Positions 12,401 through 20,050 of a stretch of DNA of 64,000 nucleotides are shown one piece after another. The position numbers and the translations under genes are program-made. The DNA comes from Giardia intestinalis. Taxonomy: Eukaryota. The notes beneath the pieces were generated by a model that saw only the letters and a program-made list of their open reading frames with translations, ran no database searches and had not been told where the DNA came from. The stretch's first letter is position 1, and each line of letters starts with the position of its first letter. The DNA is taken from assembly GCA_000002435.2 (NCBI GenBank), contig CM018789.1. One strand, 5' to 3'.

Positions 12401-15400
12401 TTTGACGCTCATTCCGATAGTTCCAGTGTTTGAGCTAAGCAGTACCAGCTTGCACACAATCTGCGATACACATTTGCTATTGCGAAAGCCTGAAAACGTA
12501 GCTACGATCTTCTCAAAGTAAAAGTTGAACTCGTGCTTTGTCTTGACGGTTGTCAAAAGCTTGGTTGCCGTTTTAGCCAAATCAGAGCAGATTCTTATGA
12601 ACCGTAACTGAGACCGCTGAATCCTGTTGGTTTTGCTTGAGATGGATATAACCTGAAATAGACTGTCATCAAAAAGACGTGTTGCGACTTCAGCACGTTC
12701 ACAAGCAAGTTGTTCGGTAGACTTAGAAAGCGGGACATGTCTGTTGGGCCTTATACCGTAGTTCTCACTGGTCAGCTCGAGATTTGCTGTGTTCCTTAGA
12801 GCGTCCAATGAGCTTCCAGGCCTCTTATTAGGCCTTTTAGGCTCTGCTCTGGGCATATTAACATAGACGTTCAGGCTTGCCGTTGCACTATCGCTGAAGA
12901 GAAAGTCGTGAATAGTCAGAGGGTACCTGTGATGGTCCTTACCTTTGAGTATGTCAAAAAGCTGTGCATAGGTTCCATTTCCCTTTAGCATGAGGACTGC
13001 GATTCTTTTGTGAATAGAGCATCGGCCAAGAAGAGACTCTCGACAAAGATGGCACGCAGAGGTGAGGGATTCTGCCGAATTCCTAAGTACACCGACATAG
13101 TGATCAAGATCAGGACCATTGCGCTTGATCAAGTGCATGATGTGACGTGCATTGGTGTTCCGAAAGGCTTCGGCCACTGTTGTGAAGGATGGAGTTAACG
13201 GAGTCCCATTCTGGGCCGTGACGCTATTGCTCATATCACTCTGAGCTCTATCCTTGAAGTGTAACGAGTTAATTATAAGGTCTCGAGTTGCGTTCTTTTT
13301 CTCAATAAATGGTCTGCGATTAAGGTCGGACATTATGTAGTCTAGTAACAAGGTGCTAAGATGTATGTTTTGTGCCTTGGAATTAGGTGGGGCAGTGCTT
13401 GTGGCAAACTGTTCGCTGGTAAAGTATCCTGCTCCTAAAACCTGTAGGGCACACGCTTGCTCGTACTGAATCAGATGCTTTTTACGCCAAGAGTAGGGCA
13501 GCATATTGTAGAAGTAACTATTGTAGTCGATGCGGTGCACCAAAGTAGAGAGATACTCTGGCGTTACACGGGAGCAATTGTATTTTGATATCGGACCATA
13601 GATATCAAAGATGTTGTCAGTAGAGTAGAAGCTTAACAAGTATGTATAGATGTTCTCCAAGGCTGTTCTATTGTGAAAGTCCCGATGCTTGATAGAGTTC
13701 ATGGATGCCTTGAAATTAACCAGTGGAAGATAGAACGAAAGAGACTCCAGATGAAATTCATATCTGAGCGTCTCTAGCAAGACTAGTATCGTGGGATTGT
13801 CGAGTTCTTCTTGGAATAGAGTGAGGTAGAGCTTCAGACAGTGCTTGAGTGCTGCTTGATAAGCATTGAGTTCTATCTTTAAAAAGCGCATCACCTTGAC
13901 CGAGTCAAAGTCGGTGTACATGTGACTAATCGTAGAAAACATGGAAGAAATGACTGGGTTTGCTTTATGCTTGCTAAGACGTAGATGTGATGAGATCATG
14001 AACGCATACATTTTTATCTTGAACAAGTGCTCAATGGCTTGCTTATAAAATCCACTGGCCTGCTTGAACAGCATTCTTCCGCAAATGGTGTGGTTTTGCG
14101 AGGGACTAATAAAGTGATGCAGAGAGTTTAGCTCTGCATACAAGACCTTTAAGCGGGGGCTTTCGCGAGACAGTATTTTCATACCCTTTCTAAAGCATAG
14201 GCCATTGGTCAGTTTCGAGAAGGCAGAAGGGTCCGACATGGAGTTAGTTGATGTCACAATGTGATCCTTCATCTTTAGTTGCCTCAGATTTTCCTCTAGA
14301 AAGGCGTAACCGTATTGCCTCGTAGGATCATCATCTCCGCAAGACGGCGCCTCTTCTTCTCCGTCGCTTCCAGGCTTCCACTGAGTGGCTACCTTCACAT
14401 GCGTGGGGCTCTCGCTAAGCCTGGTTGCGCCGCCTTCCATCATTGAGTCAAGAAATTCGTAGAAATTGGTTCTACAAAAGATTTGAAATTCCTTTACCCC
14501 TTCTAGCTCAAAGTTGCTGATAAGAAAGAGAATAAATTGATAGTACAACTGGCTCACTTCGTAGAGCAGAGAGAATAGTTTGAACTGTTGTGCGATCAAG
14601 TATGCCAGATTCTCGGGGGTTGTGAACAACTCAGGGCCCATGTAAATTTGTGTTAGCTGCGACAGAACAACCTCGTATGCTTGAAACCAATTTTGCACAT
14701 CCTTACTTTTCCGCTGGAACTCCTTGTGCATGGAAAAATAGTCCAACTCTGGAGGCAGGAAATCGGTGTCATCTTTGCCAGAGCCTCCACTTCTGGAAAT
14801 AGATCTAGAGTTAGGAAAGTCTTTGCTGGCAGCCCCGGCACCAGTGCTGGCACTCCTATCAGCTGCAAATCCGGATCTAGGTTCAGATCCAAAGGGAGAC
14901 GGTTGGTCAGGGATCTTTGCATTTGGGTGGACCTGGCAAGATGCTTTAGTCTCCAGTTCCTCAATCGCCTTGAGCACCCCATAAACCTCATTTTTTGTGA
15001 TGACATCAGATAACTTTATCAGCTGAACTCTGCACTGCATCTCCAGCCGCCGTTTAACTAACTTGTTAATAAACAATGCAAAGTAGTTTGTCCTGGGCGC
15101 AATATCCACGGTGTTCAGAAGTTGGTAGCAGTCCAGCAAACGGTGGTAGGCAGTTAGGTATTGGATATAGTGAGAGCCCTGCTTACAGAAGTGGGGACGA
15201 TTCTTTATCATGAAAATGGTGCGCTTGAAAATCTCAAACAAAAAGACGTGGACAAGAAACATGCTAAAGATGATTCTTTCAAGCTGATAGTTAAGTTGAA
15301 GAAGCAGAACGTCGGTAATATGGTTAGAAGACGATGACCTGTGTAGCGAGCTACGCCCAAAATTGAGAAGGCTTTCTCTGTTCGTAAGCAGCCCTTCATA

Positions 15401-18160
15401 GCAGTGCTTGTAGAAGGCGCACATTCTAATCCACGGGAGAGCCGCCGATGACATTGTGCCCAGAGATCCTCTTAGTATTCGCATATAGATGATGTGCATC
15501 ATCTTCTTTACCGACTTAGGATTTCGCAAAGAATGGGTAAGAACGGTCGATGCCGCAGGTGGCGGAGACTTGGCTTGTTCAAAATAACTTTCATTACTAT
15601 CACTGGTAGTAGACCCATTGCTAAAAAGCTCACTGTCGACTGGGTTCTCCTGATCTACGCATGCTTGGTCGTGCCCTGACGTAGGCATCTCTGTATCACG
15701 AAGAATGTCCGGCATGTGATAACTGAAAAAATTGCGGTAATAGCTCGAGTTGGAGTATACTAAGGCAAACATAGCAGTAGAAAAACTGTACAGAAGGAAC
15801 AAGTGGTTATCCGAAAACTCCAGGTCAGTCCGCCGAAGGGCAGGAAGATGCAAATCAGTCCTAATATTTGCTTCGTCTGTAATGTTATTAACGAAAAGAG
15901 TATCCTCAATAAACTCTCGTAACTTCTGTATAACTCTGTTTTGAAAGAACTGATGCACAGAATCGGGCCCTTTGAAGTCTTCTGCCACACCTTTTAAAGC
16001 GTCTATATTGACATTACCATTAATATCCTGTGACGATACGTTGTTTGTAAGGCCTTTACCCTCATTTGCGCCTCCATCGATCTCAACCTCATCAGTGTCT
16101 AAAGGCATCGAGCTCACCTCATCTAGTACTGAATCACCCGGACCCCCACTTGTGGTACCTAAACAACTAGTATCCTCTGAATATGAAATAGTGTTCAACA
16201 TGTATGTGCATAGCACGATCTTAGTATAGTTGGACGTATAGTCTCGGAGCCAGGAAAACTGCAGCAGAGACATCACGTACTGCTGCAACTTATTAATTAC
16301 CATCATATCGATTATGTTTTGATAAACAGACCCTCTAATGGTTAATTTAGAAAGAGCCATTCCCTTTCTAGAGAAGGTTTCAATTAGATCAGAAGTGGAT
16401 TTAATACTGCTGAGACACGTCAGTATATACGCTGCAGCAGTTGGAAGATATGTGGTGGAGATGCCAAAGCTTCTAACGCTGTCAAGATAACCCTGCACAT
16501 CTAATTCGCTTATAGATAGATAGTTTGGCAAGAAGATTCGTGGCACCTTAGACATATACATATTCTTGAGTACATGGTGCATCAGAAAATCACCTGGAAT
16601 GGTGGTGAACTCTACTCTCTGGTGAAAAGACGCTGCCTCACTCTCGGAGTTAGCGGTATTATCATGGGATGAAAGGCTTATAGAAGAGCGTTTGTTGAAC
16701 GTAAATGTGTGCAGGTAGGGACTCTCTATAAGATTTGCGTCAGGATCGTATGTCATCTCTCCCAGAGCGCCATATCCTGGTCCTCTAGACATGGTCCACC
16801 TTTCGTCGTCCAACGTTGTAGCAGTTATGTCTGAGGCCAATGGAGAGCTTCTGTTTGCAGTGATGTTGGGAGTTAGGTTGGCAGAGGTGACGAGTGCGCT
16901 AGCGGTCCTAGGTTCCTGCAGGAGTGACATGCCCTCGGCAAGATCGAGTCTGCTTTCAATAAGGTCGCGTGAATACAGTATATTAGTATCTAGAAAAGTG
17001 TCACGGAACTTTGTGAAGATCTTCTCGGTGTATTTGTAGTTGTAGGTAGGGCTGTGATGAGAAAAGGTAAAGCCGTGGACTCCGAGAAGCCTTTGGATAA
17101 TTTTAACAGAAGCCAAGTTAGCTGTTGTATTTGGCAACCCACGGATTCGGAGAAAAATATTGTGATACAAGTAGGGTAAATAGAGGGTCACCCGAGAGAT
17201 GAGCTTCATTTCATGAAACACCTTTAGGAGTCTAATATTTAACCGGATATAAAAGGTAATGACGGAGATAGCTACAACAACAAAGATTAAACCAGTAGAG
17301 ACTCCCAGAGCCAACTCATAATTGGCGAACGGAAAACAAAACAATAGGGTAGGAATGGCAGCTAGAGATCCAATGAAAGTAATTAGTCCCACAAAGTACA
17401 GATCCAGACCAGTATTTCCAATGAGTGTGGGCGAACTTGCAGCTAGTGTCAAATGACAGCCCATAATAAATGCAAGCAAGAATGCCGACAGCTGTGGATA
17501 CGGCTCAGCGATAGAGCGCAATAAATGAATAAGAATAAAAGTAAACCCGTACGCTATATCTGCAAGGGGATACGTGGGTAAGAACTCCGTATTCAGCTGA
17601 AGCATTGGGAGAACAAAAATATTGAGAAAAACCTCCTGACAGAGGATAATCAAGAGGGTAAGAATATGCATATTCAAGTACACGACCTTCCAGAAGGAGG
17701 TAAAGGCTTGATAGAAGAATAGCTGATCAAGAAGGTAGGGGGCAAGGCAAATTTGCGTAAAACAGATTGACCACATAACCAGAAGACGATACTTATGCTG
17801 CACAATGCCGTGGTTCTTCTTGATGATCACTAGAATAACGATGGCAGGAAAGATGATGGCAAGAAAGACAATGAGAAGCGTCAGGATGGCGTTCCGTACC
17901 GTTACTGCAGGAATCTGAAGAAGAAAGGACACAGCATAGTAGATTAGCTTTTGAAATTTGGTGAAAGGCCTCGCGTCATCCAGGGAATAAACTATCAGAG
18001 TATAAGCCGGAATTACAAGGCGAAGAGTCGAAAAGTAAGACAAGGTATTAATGAAAGCAATTATCCATCGTGTGCTTTTAAGAGATGCAGTGCTGAAGAG
18101 CTCAATAAGCAAAGATCCGAACGTTGAATTCCAAGACGATGGAATGTTAGAAAATGGCAT
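6452..18160 (-). CDS. Giant (3902 aa) multi-pass membrane protein; the C-terminal module weakly resembles the Piezo anchor/outer-helix region (hypothesis)
   Basis: An uninterrupted 11.7 kb ORF with an ATG confirmed at 18158-18160. Clusters of hydrophobic helices lie at the N-terminus (~330 aa), mid-protein and the C-terminus. The C-terminal order is a helix hairpin, a ~280-aa Cys-rich loop, a final helix, then a short tail. Near the end, LHVHRLDDVKLALVYTYSSLSNTFDIYSAMIKG...GKKVIVTNASLASLAQ...RIIAYTMAIIVLLLIAFF loosely parallels Piezo PFLVELRAVMDWVWTDTTLSLSSWMCVEDIYANIFIIKC...KKKKIVKYGMGGLIILFLIAIIWF. Confidence 0.8.
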   Translation of the reverse strand: MPFSNIPSSWNSTFGSLLIELFSTASLKSTRWIIAFINTLSYFSTLRLVIPAYTLIVYSLDDARPFTKFQKLIYYAVSFLLQIPAVTVRNAILTLLIVFLAIIFPAIVILVIIKKNHGIVQHKYRLLVMWSICFTQICLAPYLLDQLFFYQAFTSFWKVVYLNMHILTLLIILCQEVFLNIFVLPMLQLNTEFLPTYPLADIAYGFTFILIHLLRSIAEPYPQLSAFLLAFIMGCHLTLAASSPTLIGNTGLDLYFVGLITFIGSLAAIPTLLFCFPFANYELALGVSTGLIFVVVAISVITFYIRLNIRLLKVFHEMKLISRVTLYLPYLYHNIFLRIRGLPNTTANLASVKIIQRLLGVHGFTFSHHSPTYNYKYTEKIFTKFRDTFLDTNILYSRDLIESRLDLAEGMSLLQEPRTASALVTSANLTPNITANRSSPLASDITATTLDDERWTMSRGPGYGALGEMTYDPDANLIESPYLHTFTFNKRSSISLSSHDNTANSESEAASFHQRVEFTTIPGDFLMHHVLKNMYMSKVPRIFLPNYLSISELDVQGYLDSVRSFGISTTYLPTAAAYILTCLSSIKSTSDLIETFSRKGMALSKLTIRGSVYQNIIDMMVINKLQQYVMSLLQFSWLRDYTSNYTKIVLCTYMLNTISYSEDTSCLGTTSGGPGDSVLDEVSSMPLDTDEVEIDGGANEGKGLTNNVSSQDINGNVNIDALKGVAEDFKGPDSVHQFFQNRVIQKLREFIEDTLFVNNITDEANIRTDLHLPALRRTDLEFSDNHLFLLYSFSTAMFALVYSNSSYYRNFFSYHMPDILRDTEMPTSGHDQACVDQENPVDSELFSNGSTTSDSNESYFEQAKSPPPAASTVLTHSLRNPKSVKKMMHIIYMRILRGSLGTMSSAALPWIRMCAFYKHCYEGLLTNRESLLNFGRSSLHRSSSSNHITDVLLLQLNYQLERIIFSMFLVHVFLFEIFKRTIFMIKNRPHFCKQGSHYIQYLTAYHRLLDCYQLLNTVDIAPRTNYFALFINKLVKRRLEMQCRVQLIKLSDVITKNEVYGVLKAIEELETKASCQVHPNAKIPDQPSPFGSEPRSGFAADRSASTGAGAASKDFPNSRSISRSGGSGKDDTDFLPPELDYFSMHKEFQRKSKDVQNWFQAYEVVLSQLTQIYMGPELFTTPENLAYLIAQQFKLFSLLYEVSQLYYQFILFLISNFELEGVKEFQIFCRTNFYEFLDSMMEGGATRLSESPTHVKVATQWKPGSDGEEEAPSCGDDDPTRQYGYAFLEENLRQLKMKDHIVTSTNSMSDPSAFSKLTNGLCFRKGMKILSRESPRLKVLYAELNSLHHFISPSQNHTICGRMLFKQASGFYKQAIEHLFKIKMYAFMISSHLRLSKHKANPVISSMFSTISHMYTDFDSVKVMRFLKIELNAYQAALKHCLKLYLTLFQEELDNPTILVLLETLRYEFHLESLSFYLPLVNFKASMNSIKHRDFHNRTALENIYTYLLSFYSTDNIFDIYGPISKYNCSRVTPEYLSTLVHRIDYNSYFYNMLPYSWRKKHLIQYEQACALQVLGAGYFTSEQFATSTAPPNSKAQNIHLSTLLLDYIMSDLNRRPFIEKKNATRDLIINSLHFKDRAQSDMSNSVTAQNGTPLTPSFTTVAEAFRNTNARHIMHLIKRNGPDLDHYVGVLRNSAESLTSACHLCRESLLGRCSIHKRIAVLMLKGNGTYAQLFDILKGKDHHRYPLTIHDFLFSDSATASLNVYVNMPRAEPKRPNKRPGSSLDALRNTANLELTSENYGIRPNRHVPLSKSTEQLACERAEVATRLFDDSLFQVISISSKTNRIQRSQLRFIRICSDLAKTATKLLTTVKTKHEFNFYFEKIVATFSGFRNSKCVSQIVCKLVLLSSNTGTIGMSVKTALCTIYQAINDVSSRIYPCYFPIRFIRGPPALTPQLLPSAPGDVEDDALAETHTGKTRNNDVKPIGVFKGIDREVEFNLIQRMRQEYAELGHFIAVFALVVILLILFFFTWYLALVKQLSRYVPILNLMGQLMALSYYRGLYSSVSALPNYVLPVSADDPVMEALFSVLKHDTKQNAQFDNIWFQPENNSVSYAFKKLDTRFYNRDYLLSIIGDQYQKYIAKLMMTLLNTTAATPSSPSPFTEFSTGAGQPNLILDGLTHSSLVTIKNAYVKLLLFMKLYLSHILSTLTIVFAVLFQLYIPVSHELEHIIDLSLAACPAYNVSPEFANVYSGVRDMNLTPKAYISDPILLLSCPSLRYDPEGRYLTFAAHPFSEIAYSMQPRTLENTFLINIVDYSLLESYVDTTQEDMEKRLDSRQYFRQFFHLDMPVFVSWSPISDILINFGSGIIYALSGLYKKLNITYYQDTEQNTYSLLNTITDSDGKSIFAKFVNELNCYQTEMHFQSVSDKGLYKDTLEQAQQSFLLNKLQYMYYSSLLDQDTVPSSITNKLTYEQKIGDILLSFFPGINTFTFYQTPLTSRDVDDYLTLSLHSMEEQVIGFNPSLVVIPLLAQIVCVLFACVYTTRLLYWLFRKNNSLRCILSNYLMDVIDNYGIGGLYDLDTNPVYKKNNVLANHATMLFTMKQLLNGTNISHSSSNVSNDYARMQIQSELIPPATSAATQLSNLSPCCSQTSQSILSVESEPLSQRVNLNIDDAMTDTVSFKLGAFSEDISACLQNEWRDFNEQTQDVANCSRCKTVVWKQQWGWRFLIGILFFIFWISLAFLDDMRYINQRAYYNDKLRQNSYSYDLANVYALLLQRSSKAMSYSFFGTPTTVSDWAELNTGIQFQIEAMMTLYPESSSIILKLAEYNMELLNSELRSMGYTLAFMCPDGGFYNDLIQRATTEHYFDQAFGELFTLYGKDYIAESLAIKFTNKPPEDQWHKTLVSDAITDYFGNNNMSSYLSFNPEFSSCAAVFDSLQPPNSYAYKVIAEAIQMRIAMANIFCQKTVQSNTALGFIYTDCPKKFDKINKQTIFQYMSALEYLTPIFDHYAAINKLTYEKASQVTIIKADRLLTVTVLCVMLSSMICCDIFLTLLLLRRVFHSFTLPQYIFGSISVLRWILEFVVLAFLIIDIRSLKNLTYTRAEPDIVMFMDTMQLYQNLLGDINTLTLLNLTMSNRSQTRTRFVEFHSVLLNLNLSMPLFATEDIKIMPHTGVYTNIIADEGVQALLHTIASSAQGNPTHVEKLLELVHYNSSHSLTLCSMIYEYYYHVINSLLRSSVASSMLPSTESSLLYLPEADLRLNEMALGLHVHRLDDVKLALVYTYSSLSNTFDIYSAMIKGAVMNVADRISVNKEHEELYFIRTHGKKVIVTNASLASLAQMVEKKMRLTPPYVRIIAYTMAIIVLLLIAFFMQSGSLIYYDTLGTPDLIIEGKRYLKPAFIVILSKSNNVYRVVSITEIPDADLYQYIKLTTEMRELVRSEIQQRISYNPEKLITERPDFTAVLVYPDAGDMEIAVDYCRTGPELSLHTNSKKILQKYLYKHCNEIKIYPAFVRMLFPKHLCASCLDGLISEVVYLNDKGTSCSYHAIKHLQCSKAYLKHLPNAVQFLPTGFLHANTKHMYKCKHAIPLYRCHECVETVENVENLKSEQQQGWFETPGGNQIAPNRETEEKDPVDMRAVFEINKARSQSPFRCHLQAQKLKNVSQNFVASLKKLCNIFSTKPLIFQYSTSTLIVYASIFSLVIFTIVFIMAYSIIRLSAAEIDLQLYSMMAQFLYYFRRAIGSSFKHIVVLSQGQYGELTKDMLVHDINALSMLINVVSKKVEQTETKERIYGSIMESGPTFTQFIDCTYKIGNHVKASTSFYHDYITWLSSLGGALGKLQNFLLLLTDYNSGFSQQVTVISLWIVVAEVIILLTLRQILMWQLNKEVVKVGYIAKLIYK

Positions 18161-18286
18161 ATACTAAGTGCAACGAAACTCTAGGTGGCACGAACACCTT
18201 TAGAAACAGTATGGCTTGTGGAAACGCCGGTTACAGAGCAACGGCACACTCCGGAACTTTCTTTTACAAAAAAGGTTTGTTAGAGC

Positions 18287-19603
18287 ATGGGTTGTGCCGC
18301 ATCAACTCCCGATGTTGCTGATGCCACGGCAGTAATGGGAAACCACGGCCCGGAAAAGCATCGTGCTAAGGGTATGTCTAATAAAGGCATATCTCTGAAG
18401 TCTATGGAGAGCATTAGATCTGCCATTGAATCTCTCTTGATTAACGAGCCTGAACTGACCAAGCTGATGACGTCTTTCAGCAAGGAACATCTGTTTATGT
18501 TTGCAAAGGATTATCAGACTCAAACGGGGACAGACCTGCTATCCCTTCTGCGCGAAAAACTAAATGGTCCTCTGGAGAAGCTCATTCTTTCTTCTTTCAA
18601 GCCAGACGTTACTCTGCGGACAGAGCTGATCAGAGAGTCTCTTCAGGGAAAGGCAACAGATATTGAACAACTCACAGACGTTGTCCTTACTCTAAGTGAG
18701 TCTAGGGCCTGTGAAATAGTTCAGAACTACGATTTACTGTACGGTGGCTCTGTCATTACAGACATCAGACACGACTACAACGGCGATAAGCTCTGGCAGA
18801 GGCTGATTACCCGGATTCTATCTTCTAAACGTGTGTCCAGGTCGTCCCTTGCTATGCAGAGCACTACTTTGGCCTCCGATGGTGATGTCGATACACATGC
18901 AGTGGGTGCGGAGGCCAACACTGGTACTCTGGGAAAGTTACTGGTGGCGGACGCAGAAAGGCTTGTGATGGACATTCGCGAACGCAACTTTGAACATCTC
19001 CTGCTCCTCATGGCCACTGCGCTCCCCGCAGAGTACGTCTCTATCTGCAAGAAGTACTTTGAAATGAAGGGAACTGTACTACGCCAGGATATTGCAGATG
19101 CGCTTGAGCATCGTCCTGAAGAACGGTATGCACTGCTTCTTGCACACGATTACCTGCATAGTCCTGCCGCTGCCTATGCATTCATGGCCCACACGGCCCT
19201 GGTGGCAGGGATCTCCAGAGACGATGCTCGGCTGACTCGGGCTGCCATATTGAGCTACGAAGAACACCCCGATGTTCCAGCGGTTTATCGTGAGCTATAT
19301 GGCGTTACCCTAGAGGATGCAATTGAGAAGACAGGGACTGGGAGCTACGAATCCACGCTTCTAATACTTTGGAAGATAGACAGACCAAAGGATCCTGCGG
19401 CAGGACCCGAGGCCGAGAACGGTCCCGCAGAGACCGCTGCGCACGCTGGAAATAAGGCAAAGCAATCGTCAAAGGGAAACAAGAAGAGCGACAGCAAGGC
19501 GGACAAAGAGGGTGCGGCGACGCCCGTTCTGCAGAATGACACGGTGGAGGAGAGGCTGCCTACGCCTGCAGCGAGCGAATCCTCGACTCCCCGCGGCGAC
19601 TGA
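18287..19603 (+). CDS. Annexin-like alpha-giardin (438 aa; likely alpha-19 giardin) with N-terminal MGC dual-acylation motif and a Lys/Ser-rich C-terminal tail
   Basis: ATG confirmed at 18287. The N-terminus is MGCAASTP (Gly2 myristoylation / Cys3 palmitoylation context). Annexin-repeat-like helices are present (DLLSLLREKL..., ELIRESLQGKATDIEQLTDVVLTLSESRACEIVQNYDLLYGGS). The size matches what I recall for alpha-19 giardin. Confidence 0.75.
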   Translation: MGCAASTPDVADATAVMGNHGPEKHRAKGMSNKGISLKSMESIRSAIESLLINEPELTKLMTSFSKEHLFMFAKDYQTQTGTDLLSLLREKLNGPLEKLILSSFKPDVTLRTELIRESLQGKATDIEQLTDVVLTLSESRACEIVQNYDLLYGGSVITDIRHDYNGDKLWQRLITRILSSKRVSRSSLAMQSTTLASDGDVDTHAVGAEANTGTLGKLLVADAERLVMDIRERNFEHLLLLMATALPAEYVSICKKYFEMKGTVLRQDIADALEHRPEERYALLLAHDYLHSPAAAYAFMAHTALVAGISRDDARLTRAAILSYEEHPDVPAVYRELYGVTLEDAIEKTGTGSYESTLLILWKIDRPKDPAAGPEAENGPAETAAHAGNKAKQSSKGNKKSDSKADKEGAATPVLQNDTVEERLPTPAASESSTPRGD

Positions 19604-20050
19604 CAAGTGAACTCGATGGACGGAGAGCGGGGAGGAGGCGCTCAAGTAAGCTTGAGTAAAGGACTGTGCGGGCCCGGATTGAGGATGGACGGGATCCGCT
19701 CCCCACCTATGACCCTGGATGTAGGCCTGTGCACGCTCGCAAGCGCCAGCGGGCAGCTGCACCGGCCACGCGTTTAGAAAAGGACTATAGGGGCGGTGAT
19801 TAGGCTGCGTGGCGCAGCCGTGCCTTCCGCTCCGCCTGTGTCCTGGGGATTGCTCAGTGCCCCGGATCCTCACCACGAGTAAACCCGCGGCTCAAAGAAG
19901 CGCATTATCCCAGGAGGTCTAGAAACTGACCTCCATTTTTGTCTTTCGCAAGAAATGGTTTTTAAATAATTTACTATTGGCTAAAGTCCTGCACAACCTA
20001 TTTGCCCATGAGCTTTGGGAATCCCTTACTTTGGTTAATATTCGAGTCCT

